This document shows positions 48,639 through 60,289 of a stretch of 64,000 bases of DNA, piece after piece. The notes beneath the pieces are model-generated. The model was given only the letters and a program-made list of their open reading frames with translations. It ran no database searches and was not told the DNA's origin. Position numbers and translations under genes: made by a program. The stretch covers positions 25,482,001 through 25,546,000 of the forward strand of contig NC_043014.1 of the NCBI RefSeq assembly GCF_006345805.1. Direction: 5' to 3'. The stretch's first letter is position 1. Each line of letters opens with the position of its first letter. This DNA is from Octopus sinensis. Taxonomy: Eukaryota.

Positions 48639-50756
48639 CTAGTGAATTGGCCTGATCAACATGAAGCTCAGCAGAGAATGGAAGTCATTTCAACATGTTC
48701 TGCTATTATGACCATTTTTTTCTATTGTGTTGCAATTATGTGTAGACCAAGTAAAACCACAACAAACATGGGTACTGGTCATGCATTTCTCACTTTTCAT
48801 GTCTGTTTTAGGTGTGCTGTAGTTGCACCAAGTTATATTTTGTAATTATTATTTTTTTTTAAACAAAGAAAAATTTAAAAGGGTTCTGATTAGATGGTGT
48901 TCCACAAATTCACAATCTGAGGCTCACTGTAATGATGAAGAAAGAGAATACAGTAATTGGCATTCTGTGAAGATGGCTTTGTGTAGAGAAATAATTTGAT
49001 GGATACCGGGTGCCTAAAACACATGACATGAACCTCACAATAAAATCTTGTGTTTCACCAATCATACCTGTGATTTGTAGGTGTAATCTGAGTAGATTTG
49101 TCCATTACACTTGTGATAATACTACTGTCAGGGTGTGCTCGTTATTATACATTGAGAAGTTTCCAGAAAATTGAAACTGAACTATTAATTTGAATAGGTT
49201 AAATGATCATGACTGATTAAGACAAAAATTTAAAGAAAAAACATCATAAAACAAAAAGAAAAATTTGAGATCAGAGAGATGAATGGTAAACCAAGGAACT
49301 TCACTATTTCTTAAAATGTTTTTCCCCCCTCATTCTCGTCTTGACAGATAGATGTTCACTACATTGTACTGTTGTGCAGAAAGTTAAACTGTCCGGCTGT
49401 TATGTTGTAAATCTTCAGATTTTGGTTTTCACTTGGGATCCTTGTGTAATTGCTAAGTCACTCTGCAGTGCTTGGTGTGATGACCAGGTACATCCCTCAC
49501 ACTCCCCCCTGCTGTTGTAATAAATATGTAAAAAAAACCAGCAAAAAAAAAGAACCAAACAAAAATCCAACTGTTTTCTTTTTAAAAATCTCTAATGAAT
49601 TAAGATTAAAAAACTCTGTGTGTGTGTGTATTGCGTGTGTGGACTTAGCCTATCTACTTCAGATACTGATTTGTGTTTGATTTGTTTATATTTTGGTTCA
49701 TCTAGGTAATCTTTCATTTTCCTCTTCAACTCTATTTCTGACATGAATTCACACAAATTTGTCCTAACAACCCAATTTATGATACAGATAAGATCTGTCA
49801 AAATTAGGACTGAAACTTCTAGCCAGAATTAGTGTTGTGTTGGTCTGACCATTGGCCTATTACTATAAATACAACTGCTGTAACTACCCTGCTGCATATG
49901 AACTTGAAAATATCAGTGTAGTGCACTGTCTTCCTTGAGTGTGGTGAAAGAATATTTATACGTGTGAGATTGGTGACTGGTCAAATTAGCCTCACTTCCA
50001 TATATATATGCGTGAATGTTATATTTGAATGTTGTAGAGATAGTTGTAATAAATATTTTTGAATTGTACGAATATCTGTGTTTGAGTATAAATAAATGAG
50101 TGCAAGCATGCATGCATGTATATAGTTTCAATCAATCATTTAAATGCAGGAGCATTTAAAACAAAAAAACAAACAACATATCATATATATAACAAGTCAA
50201 ATTTATCTTCTAGTTAGAGAGAATTGTGAGTTCATGATAAAAATGATGTATTTTTACATGCATACAACAGATTGCACCAGACTTCTAGATGCCATGATAA
50301 TTTAAATAGATTTCTTTCTATCATCTCTTCTTGCTATGGTTTATCTGCCATCACAATGAAGAAAAATACCAGCAAAAATGTTCATTATCCAAAATATTTG
50401 CAACAGGTCTATATATATGAGATAACCGACTCAGGAGGATGAAACATCTGCAGTTGCTTCTTAATAATGCTAATCTCAATTGGCCGTGCTTCAAAAGCTT
50501 CTCCATCTACATTGTACCAAAGTTCTTCACCCTTTATGCAAAAGAAACAAATAATTCAACTTACATTATAATAAACTCCCCTCATTCATCCTTGTCAACT
50601 AACATAAAAATATTTAAAAGCTTCAAACTTCTTTCTGCTTGCTTGTTTTTCTAGGCAGTTATACAGAGGATGAGGGACAGTACCCATGATCTTTGTAAGC
50701 TCTCTTAGACTGGTGAACTGATTCCCAGTTTGAATGATCTGAATGTACAGAGTTCT

Positions 50757-51570
50757 TCTTACAGTTCAATGCTGTGTCTCTTTTATACAGATGTTTGTGT
50801 GGTATATTACTATTCAGTGTCTTTCATAATAATGTTTATTTAGGTCTGCAAATACAACATATCTCCATACAATATGATACTGTCTTTCATTATGTTTGTA
50901 TGGCTTTGTTGTACAATATATATAGCTTAATGCTGTTTCTTTTATACAGATAATGTTTGTTTAAATCTGTTAATACAACATATCTCCATACAGCTTAATG
51001 CTGCATCTCTTTCATACTATCTTTTTAATGTTACTATGGGTCTGTTGAAAAACATCACCATACAGCTTAATGCTGTCACTTTTACACAGATGTTTGTTTA
51101 AGTCTGTTAATAGAACATATCACCTTAATACTTAATAGTAAATAAATACAGCTTAATACTATCTCTTTTACATATGTTGCAATACATTGGCATACAATTC
51201 AATAGTGTTTCTTTCATATAGATAACTAGCAGTATCGCCCGGCATTGCTCGGGTTTGTAAGGGAAATAACTATATAAGCATTTTTAGAGAGTTACTTCCC
51301 TTATATAAAACAGTGAAAAATGGATTAAAAATGATGGTAAATTTTTTTTTTTAATCGTAGACACGCGCTAATACCCAGAAGGGCTCAATATGAATCACGA
51401 CTATAAGATACCCGCTTTTGGTTAAACTGCACCGCAAAATGTGGGAGTAGTTAGGAATCTAAATCGGAGTAGACAGACACACACAACTACAGTTTTATAT
51501 ATAAAGATATTTGGATGGATGTTTTAAAACAGCATATCTCCATGCAGCTTTAGACTGTGTTTCATTTATG
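50757..51570. repeat. Degenerate ~60-75 bp minisatellite interrupted by a Helitron
   Basis: Recurring catatctccatacagcttaatgctg...cttttatacagatgtttgtttaagtctgttaatac (about 7 copies); resumes after 51507 as cagcatatctccatgcagcttt. Confidence 0.75.
51226..51507 (-). mobile_element. Complete 282-bp non-autonomous Helitron
   Basis: Minus strand A|TCTTTATATATAAAACTG ... cccgagcaatgccggg hairpin ... ATACTGCTAG|T: canonical 5' TC, 3' CTAG, A/T insertion site, no TSD. Confidence 0.88.
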
Positions 51571-52243
51571 AGATCCAACATTTTTTAGGTCTCATCTATC
51601 AACTCCAGCTTCTGATATACATTCTTCTACAATTATTTTTTTTTAGCTGACTAATCAACCAACCAATCAAGCTATGGCATCTCTTTACCTAGAAACTGTA
51701 GCTGTCTCTCCTATGTATATTAGCCAATATATTTAAGATCAAATCATACTTATTCAATTATCTGCATGTTCAGCAGCAACAGACATGAAATCAGTCTTAT
51801 TTACCTCTTCAATTTCAGGGGATAACTTCAATTTGTATGCCTTTAAATGGTTATTTTCCTGACTGCCAAGCTTTAAACGTCTATGTTTAGCTCTGGACCA
51901 TCTATATGAAAAAAAAAATCGAAAACAATTAGTGAAAAATCAGAGTTAGACAAACTACAAAGTTCATGTACTGGATTGTAGCAATTGTCAAGAGTTCAAA
52001 TAGTGTTCAGGCGATTTCTGTGTAATAATTAGACAAGGGACGTCACTCTATTCGACTTCAAGTACTGACGCTTAGCATAAGTATCACACCTGTACAGATT
52101 AGCAATCTATTCATCTCTCCCCTCTCTCTCACACACAACAATTAATTCTTCAGGAATTTATTTTTAAAAAACTGATTCACATGAGCAAGGATTTAAATAA
52201 TATCAAACTATCACAAATGGGAATAAAAAGCATTTGATAGAAA

Positions 52244-53227
52244 TCTTTATATATATAAAACTGAGGATGTGTGTCTGTCTGTGTGTTTCCCTAAAACTTG
52301 AGAACTACACAACCAATTTCATTCAAATTTTACACATGCCTTACTTAGGGTCCGGGGAGTTCAACTTCTTGCCTAGAGCGAGCCCATAGCAATATCATAT
52401 CTTCACTATTTCAGTATTACGTGTTAAAAGTGAAACAAAAATGTTTCACTATTTTATGTCAGATGCTTTCACTTTAACAATAAAAATAATAATAACAATT
52501 GAATTATATGTAGTAAGTAATAATTAAAATCAAACTAAAGTATAATATAATCGTAACATAACAAAAGTAAAGATAGCAATTGGTATAAAATTGCATCAAT
52601 GATTTGAACTTGAATAAGTGGTTTCACATGAATGGGAATAAATTAAAAATAAAATTAGCGTGCAGAAATGGATAATAAAAAATTAAATTAAAGAAAAGAC
52701 TATTGTCTATAAAGTATACAATGTAGAGAAAAAAGAAGATTTGAACACATGGAGGAAAGCACCTTTGAAAAGTGTCTTGGTGTGACTATGAAAGATATCT
52801 AATCAGAGGCGGTAAATTCGCCACAATAGAAGCAAGGTTCGAGTCAACGGAGCGTGCAAGGGAGTACTCGACTTGAACTTGCAAAGTGGAAATATTTTAT
52901 TTTCACCTTTATATCTGGGACGTAGGACATCCCGGAAAAAAATTTTAATGCCTCTCCCCCCCCCCAAGAAGTAGAGGTAGGCTGGATTGTAGCCACACTT
53001 CTATACAAAATGGAGGACAAGATACAATTCATCGAAATTACAAGAGACGGGCTAACAATTCCAGTCTGTTATATATTTTGAGTATTGTTATCACTAGCGA
53101 TATCAAGATATAACTTTGTATTTTGCATTTTATGTGTAGATGTATATATTTAGATGTACATGTAATATGTACACATATATACATGCACTAGCACTATGAC
53201 CCAGCAACGACAGGTCTTTAATGCTAG
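52244..53227 (+). mobile_element. Complete 984-bp non-autonomous Helitron
   Basis: A|TCTTTATATATATAAAACTGAGG at 52244; subterminal hairpin gacccagcaacgacaggtc (53198-53216); ends ATGCTAG|T at 53227. Confidence 0.85.
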
Positions 53228-53554
53228 TAGTAAATAAATACAAATCCATGAGAGACATTCTCGAAAAGGGACCTTCAACCTTTCATAAAAAGCAGTACTA
53301 AATCATCCTCAAACAATACCCAACCAAATTAAAAAAGTAAAGTTGCATTAGATAATGTAATCATAAATACATGTTGGGGAGGAGGGAGAAAATATGGATG
53401 ATCACAGCTAGAATCAGAGTTGGTAACTGAATAATTAGATTACTAAAAGTACATCAATAGAAGTCACTAATGATAGAGTGGGTAAAGGTACGCTACATTA
53501 ATTAGCAATTGGCAGGTGAGAGGGGTAGAACATTATATGTGTGTGTGTGTTGCT

Positions 53555-53702
53555 ATGTGGTTAAGAAGCTTGTTTCCCAATCACATTGTCTTGGGTTCAG
53601 TTCCACAGTGGCACCTTGGGTAAATGTCTTTTACTATATCCACCAGGCTCACCAAATCTTTGTGAGTCAATTTGAAGATGATAGAAACTGAAAAGTCTGT
53701 CA
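53555..53702 (+). mobile_element. tRNA-derived SINE head (family 2), degenerate
   Basis: gctatgtggttaagaagcttgtttccc...gggttcagttccacagtggcaccttgggtaaatgtc...gaaactgaaaag. Confidence 0.75.
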
Positions 53703-55214
53703 TATATATACTGAATAATTTTTTCATTGCCAAAACAATGCAAGTTACAAAAAAATATATACTTATATGTAGGTATCATACCCCTGACATTATCCAATAT
53801 GTTCCCTTTTTCTTTTTTAACTGAAGAGTCTTGTTTGAAAGATGTTTGGCTGCTTTTTATAGTGAGTTTAGGGATGCTTATGCTTACTTCACAACAATAG
53901 TTCTCACCCTCACACTATAGCAACCCATTTTGATAATAATTATATGTGACTTTTTTTTTTTAAATAAAAAAAAATATTTTCCAGAAATTTAATACACCAA
54001 CACTTAATATTTTTCTTGTGGATATATACCTGAGACTTTGATTTCAGTAAATGTTGCATTGTGGTCCTTATTACCTACCAATGGCTTACTGAACATGTTC
54101 ATGAACATTTTATCAAATATTTCAAAAGTAAAAGAGTTTTGTTTTCATAGCTCTTTCAGAACTTTTCTGCAACGCACAAGATGGGAACTGCTGTATGGGC
54201 AATATAAGTGGAATCAAATTACTGGTTTTCAACTGCTTATCAAAACTAAATCATAGACTCAATTAACTAGGAACCTAGTTCTAATTAAGGGCCACACTAT
54301 ATGGTGTTACTGAAAATTTATAGGTGCATGATCACAAATTTTGGACAGAGTCAACAAATTCTCATTCAGGCATCTGCTGGGACAACTGGAATTCAAATCA
54401 ATACAATAAGCTCTAAGGTCAGCATCCCACTCCCAGTTATTGTTCTGTCAATTATAAGACAAATATCTTCCAAGCAATGATGCAAATATTATATTACAAG
54501 TAACTTTTTCTCTGAAATACTTGATAATTATTCTTTATTTCATTAGCTGGTTTAGCTTAATAAGGCGATACTTTTATATTGAATTAGGAAGTAAAAACCC
54601 TCAAAACTTAAATCTTACAAATGAGTTCTTTAAAACAAAAAAGTCTGAGGTAGAAAAGCAATGTTTGGAATCTTTTCAAAGCCCCTCAATAACTAGGGTG
54701 AGTAAGCAATAACAGGGTAAAGTTCGTGCAGTTATGTTCAATTTCAATTTTCAATTGTGTAACTAAATGGAAAATACAGAAAGGTATTTCTAGAAATGCA
54801 GTCCTAGAGAAGAATGAATGTTCAATAAGAACTCTGATAAGGGAGATACAATGGAAGTGATGAAAAGGATTAAGGTAAAGGCATTAAATCATAGATTACA
54901 ATGTCAATTATAAAAAAATATGTATTCAACACAGACACAAGGTTGTGAGAAGGACTTTTCTGGATTACTGAATTAGGAGGTTGCAAATTTTTCATTGTAT
55001 AACAAACATAGTATAGGGCTCCTTAGCCCAACAAGAGGTCAAATTAACACCACTACCTCGCCCCATGCATACTTTTAGTGTAGTACACTTTGTTACAAAC
55101 AGGCCAGCTTTCCAGTCTGAGAATAAACTTCCGTCAATCAGTCTTGGAGACCCTCAAAAGGATAATAAGCATTGTCTTTCCTCTGCCTTAGTTCTTTTAT
55201 TCTTTTACTTGTTT

Positions 55215-55400
55215 CAGTCTTTTGATTGTGGCAATGCTGAAACACCATCTTGAAGGGTTTTATTAGAACAAATTGACCCCAGGACTTATTTCTTTAAGCC
55301 TAGCATTCTATTGGTCTCTTTTGAACCACAAAGTTACGGGGACATAAACACACTAACACCGGTTGTCAAGCAAAGATGGAGAGACAGACAATGATACAGA
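55215..55400 (-). mobile_element. SINE family 2 body and 3' part (its head is at 56270-56425)
   Basis: gaacaaattgaccccaggacttatt...aagttacggggacataaacac matches the 41790-41930 body. Confidence 0.75.
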
Positions 55401-55403
55401 TGT

Positions 55404-56236
55404 ATTGTTGTTGGCATCCTTTTTGCCTTGGGAGACAATGGAGTTGTGCAGAAAATAATCTAGTCTGGCTTTTACATTTTATGTCCTAATAGATCTACTG
55501 TGGCTGTGTAGTCCTATCCTGGACAAACACTCCCTCTGGCAGGTGCCGCAAATGTAGCAAAGACTTTGCCTGGCTGGTTGTAATGTCATAGTTTCTTGTT
55601 GACGTCTTTTCTTGTCTTTCCATTTCTTCTCTGTCACTCCTTTGTGTTCCCTCTTTTGCAGTACGTTGCCAATCTCCACGGTTGCTGGCAACTGTTTCCC
55701 AGTTGCTAATATAGATGTCACAGGCCTTCATATCCCTTTTGAAAACATCCTTGTATCGTAAGAACGGTCTTCCCACAGACCTAGTGCCCCTAGCAAGCTC
55801 TCCGGAGAGTATGTCCTTGGGGATTCTGCCATCTTCCATACGGCTAACACGTTCAAGCCATCTCATATGTCTTTGTGTGAGGAGTGCAAACGTGCTTGGT
55901 ATTCCTGCTTGCTTGAGGACATGATTCTGCCATTTGATGCCAAGGATTTTCCCGGAGGCAGCGCAGGTGAAAGATATTTAGGCAACGCTCTTGGCGTGTA
56001 TATGGCATCCAAGTCTCACTTCCATACAGTAGAGTGCTAAGTACCCATGCCTGGTAAATTTTCATTTTTGTGGTCTCGTTAGTTTATTGTTGTCCCATGC
56101 CCATTTGGAGAGTTGGGCCATCACAGCAGCTGCCTTGCCAATGCATATATTGAGCTCGGCATCAAGGGATAAGTTGTAGGTGACGGTAGTGCCAAGATAG
56201 GTAAACTTCTCCACCTCCTGTAGTCTGAGGTCTCCA
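55404..56236 (-). mobile_element. RTE-BovB-like LINE 3' fragment
   Basis: LQEVEKFTYLGT...IGKAA, KIYQAWVLSTLLYGSETW, MRWL.RVSRMEDGRIPKDILSGEL...GRPFLRYKD, C-terminal YICGTCQRECLSRIGLHSH; tail ggatgccaacaacaa. Confidence 0.9.
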
Positions 56237-56269
<33 letters not shown>

Positions 56270-56271
<2 letters not shown>

Positions 56272-56425
56272 TGGGGCTTCTTTCAGTTTCTGTCAACCAA
56301 ATCCACTTACAAGGCTTTGGTTGGCCTGAGGCTATAGTAGAAGACACTTGCCCAAGGTGCCATACAGTGGAACTGAACCTGGAACCATGTGGTAGGGAAG
56401 CAATTTCTTACCACACAGCCACGCG
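56270..56425 (-). mobile_element. SINE family 2 tRNA-like head
   Basis: Reverse complement of gtggctgtgtggtaagaaattgcttcc...ggttccaggttcagttccactg...cttgggcaagtgtcttctactatagcc. Confidence 0.8.
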
Positions 56426-56723
56426 TGTACCTATTTGTTGTGTAAAAAAGGAAAAAGTGAATTTTAAAGCTATGTGATACATAGTAGAAAGCACATTCAA
56501 CTTAAAAGAAATCTCATTTTAATTAAACATAAAGAAAATAAATAGAGAAAAATAAGGCATTGAGTCATGAATGTTTTCATAATTTTTCACTATGAAGCTT
56601 TCTGATGCTCATCACAATAAGTATGTTAACACCAAATTAACTATTTTTCATACCTATAGTATCTGAGATTAATTCATCCTCTGAATGTAAGCCTACTTCT
56701 GTTAATTTTCATAATTATGATCA

Positions 56724-56935
56724 TCGTTATTTAATGTCTGCTTTCCAAGCTAGCATGGGTTTGATTGAGGACTGGCAAGCTGGGAGGCTACACCTGGATG
56801 CCCTTCCTAATACAAACCACTCCGAGAGTGTAGCGGGTGCTTTTTACGTGCCAATGACCACAATCGAATGGTGCTTTTTATGTATCACCAGCATGGGCCC
56901 CAGTCAGGCAGTACTGGCATCAGTCACATTCGAAT
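56724..56935 (-). mobile_element. RTE-type LINE 3' UTR fragment
   Basis: atcatcgttatttaatgtctgctttccaagctagcatggg...ctggatgcccttcctaatac. Confidence 0.7.
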
Positions 56936-57179
56936 GATGAGGGAAATTATATTGGAAATGGAATGAGGTGAAGGACTCACTGTCTTAATGTATGTAGTTA
57001 TGTTTCTGTTAATGCTTTGGAAATCATAAATAAGAATGGAATTCTGGTAAAGAAATATTGGGAAAAGTGTGTAGGCTGAGAGTCTGGAAGGTGTGACATG
57101 TTGAGTGAAGGAATAAATAAAGATGGATGCACTGAGTATTATAATATAAGAAAGATGGTCACACTAATTTAAAGGGGCA

Positions 57180-58115
57180 CAGTAAAAATACTGGAAAAAT
57201 TATGATTGTTAAGAGCAGCCTTACATAACATTAAGTTTATAAATTTTAGTGGGCCACTGAGAGTTACAATGTTAGCTGTGAAAATTTGAAAATAATACAG
57301 GATGCTAGAGGTATTTGAGGACAATTGAATGAATTAATTAAAAAGTTTTCATTTCTTCTAAAAGTTTGGACACTATAAGGACACTGCAATTCATCCAATG
57401 GGCTCTAAACATTATCGATAATGACGTCAGAAAACCAATGAGGGCTGTTGCCAAAGAATTTCAGATGTCAGAGTGGACTGTCAGAATGGTAGTGCATGAG
57501 GAGATTCAATACCAGTCATATGTACTGAGGATAGGCTAATTCATGTCTACAAAGACACATTAAAAACTTCAATCAAGACCAAAAAGTCTCCTATAGGAGA
57601 AATGACATGGTTAATAGCAGATCCTGATGTTCCCAGAGTGAAGCACACTAAGTTTCCAGCAACTATAATGGTTTTAAGGAGTGGTGTGTAATGAAGATCA
57701 TGTCATATCACTTCACATCTTCCCACATGATCTTGAATTAATGGATGAAGTATGCAATAGAAGGACATGTGTTTCAACTAGACTCAGCATCTTTTTATAA
57801 AGCCCACATAACTCAAGAATGGATATCAACTTTTATGATAATTTAACACCAAACTTATGGCCTCTGAACGCGCTAGATTTAGATACCGCAGAGTACTATG
57901 CTCATATTGTTGTTGGAAGGGAAACTAATTAACATTCTCACCAGTCCAGCATTGAAGGGTCATCAAAGCTGAAGACAAATTCATAGAATAATTATGTAAG
58001 AAACCATATGGAGAACATGTGCACAAGTTTTTATTAAAATTAATTTGGTTTTTGCTAGATTAGAGTAGTTTTATTAAATTAACAAATATGTCCTGAAATG
58101 CTTCTTGCACACTGT
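57180..58115 (+). pseudogene. Decayed maT/DD37D-like (Tc1-mariner superfamily) transposase
   Basis: Broken frames give IDNDVRKPMRAVAKEFQMSEWTVRMVVHEEIQYQSY, VPRVKHTKFPATIMV, FQ*DSA...HITQEW and TPNLWPLN.LDL, typical of maT transposases. TIRs were not resolved. Confidence 0.7.
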
Positions 58116-60059
58116 ATTTATTAAGAAAGCAGGTATAACTAAAAATACTAAAATATCAAAAATATTTATAAGATAGTATCACACACAAAAATGTAAAATC
58201 AAATTCAATATCAAAATTATTTTCATTCGTTATCCCCTACTTGTAATTCATAACTAAACATGAGAGTAGCAAAATTTTAAATCATCTAATTCTACAGAAT
58301 TTTTGAGGTACAGCTTAGCCCTTATTATTGCACAGAATTACTATAAAATTAATATGATGAGTTCAAGAAGCTTAGAACTCCATTTCTCCAACTAATTGAG
58401 AGAACACTAAAGTGTGAGATGACTGAATGAAGATGCTTACCCTTCTTTTATCACTGAGCTTTTCTCTGGTAAGGCAGGACCAATGCCAATATCCAAGATA
58501 CTTGCACCCTGGAAAAAGTTTTTTAAATTCTCAGTCAAACAAGAACAATAGTAATAATTTATAACATAGGCACAAGGCCAAAAAATTTGGCAAGAGGTGT
58601 AGATGATTTAATTGATTCCAGCAGTTGTCTGGTATTATTTTATCAATAAGCTGAAGTAGTGTTTTAGCATGAAAGATACCAGTCAATATGTGCACGATAG
58701 ATAACTGTATAGGCAATGTGACATAATGGATGATGAATTCTGGCTGAAAACAATACCATGCACCATTGACAAAGGCTACTTGTAGAAGAGGAAGATGTTG
58801 AAAGAATTACAGATTTGAGTTCAGGTGTCAAAATGCTCGGTCTCACAGCTGAGAACCTCTGACAACTGGCAATATGTTGTACTGCAGACCTGACAAACTC
58901 AAGCTAGTGTAGAGAAACATTGATAATGATGTTGATGATGATAAGCAAACAGTAATAGCTTCATCTAATTAATTCAATGTATCCAGCTAAGAAAGATTGG
59001 ATACTATAACACCCTCAAATTCAGGAGAAAATACAAAACAAATTCCCAGATATAAAAATAGTCCCAAAAAGTAAAGTACATTTCTTTAACATCTGCTTTC
59101 ATATCAGAATGGATCAGACAGATCAGAAAATACATTTATACTTGAATTGCGAGAGCAGTTATTATATTTTTATAACAAAAATGGTGTAATGTAGACAATA
59201 ATACAAAGTAAGAAATCTCTAGAAACTAACCAAATTATCAGTTTGATAAGTACTGGATGTGACAGTCAACTCAATAGTAGACATCTGCTCTTGGATCCAG
59301 TCTTTGTCTTCAATTTCATATTCTTCAACATAAGCTATCAAAAATAAAACACAAATAAAATACTTGAATTTTTTTTCGTTTTTAGCATGGCTTAGAGGAA
59401 GAAGGACAATGAGTATGATTCTTTTCAGAGCCTCTAGGACTGGTTGGAGTGAGTTTTTCCTCAAATTAGACACCAGTCTTGAATGCATGCAATAGAATAC
59501 CTAGTGGTATTGTTAAACAAAACAATTCATTAAGTCAACAAGTCAAGAACAAGAATGGTCTCTTTGGCGCACTTCTTTACAATCCTCACAAGGCTTTGAT
59601 CAATCCAAGATAGTCACTTTCTGAAGTTTCTGCATAGTAGGAATGAATCTGAAATTACATAATTGCAAAGAGAAATTCTTAACCACAGAGGCATGTCTGA
59701 ACCCTAGCTATGCCATACTAATACAGTCATAATTTTGATTCCTATTTTAAGATAGCACATAGATAACATAGTATTAAATTTAATTCTTTATTGGCATGAA
59801 TTTACAAACCATATCCCCACTGGAACTGACTATAGTTTCTTGCACAGGCTCCTTACTAAGTCATTGAAGTGAACAAATATATATAATTTTAATGTGTTGG
59901 AGTTTTATTTCGTATTATTATTATATTGTTATTGTCAATAAAATAAAATACTAGGATAGAAAAAAAAAAGAAAATTTAAGATCCTGTGTCTATTTAGAAA
60001 CAATTATTTTGCTATTTAAGAGTGGACAATTAGCAGAATCAAAATTTGTTTTGGTTCTT

Positions 60060-60285
60060 TACATTTTAAGTTGAAATCTAGTCAAGGTCAACTTTGCTTT
60101 CCATCCCTCCAGGGTCAATAAAACAAAGCACCAGTCAAGAACTAGGGACAATTTTATCAGCCAACCCACCTCCAATATTTCAGGCCTTGTCCCAGTGTTT
60201 GGAATTTTAGAGCAGTGGACTGGCAGAATCATTAAAGCATTTGGCAAAATGCTTTGCAGCATTTCTGGGTTCAAATCTTGCCAAA
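60060..60285 (+). mobile_element. Two tandem degenerate SINE family 1 fragments
   Basis: aaggtcaactttgctttccatccctccagggtcaataaaac...tttcaggccttgtccc, then ctggcagaatcattaaagc...gggttcaaatcttgcc. Confidence 0.65.
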
Positions 60286-60289
60286 GATA

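Noticed and set aside
52805-52850. GGTTCGAGTC B-box plus a small ggcg/cgcc hairpin suggesting a tRNA
   Set aside because: No T-stem pairing or acceptor stem; a cloverleaf cannot be built.
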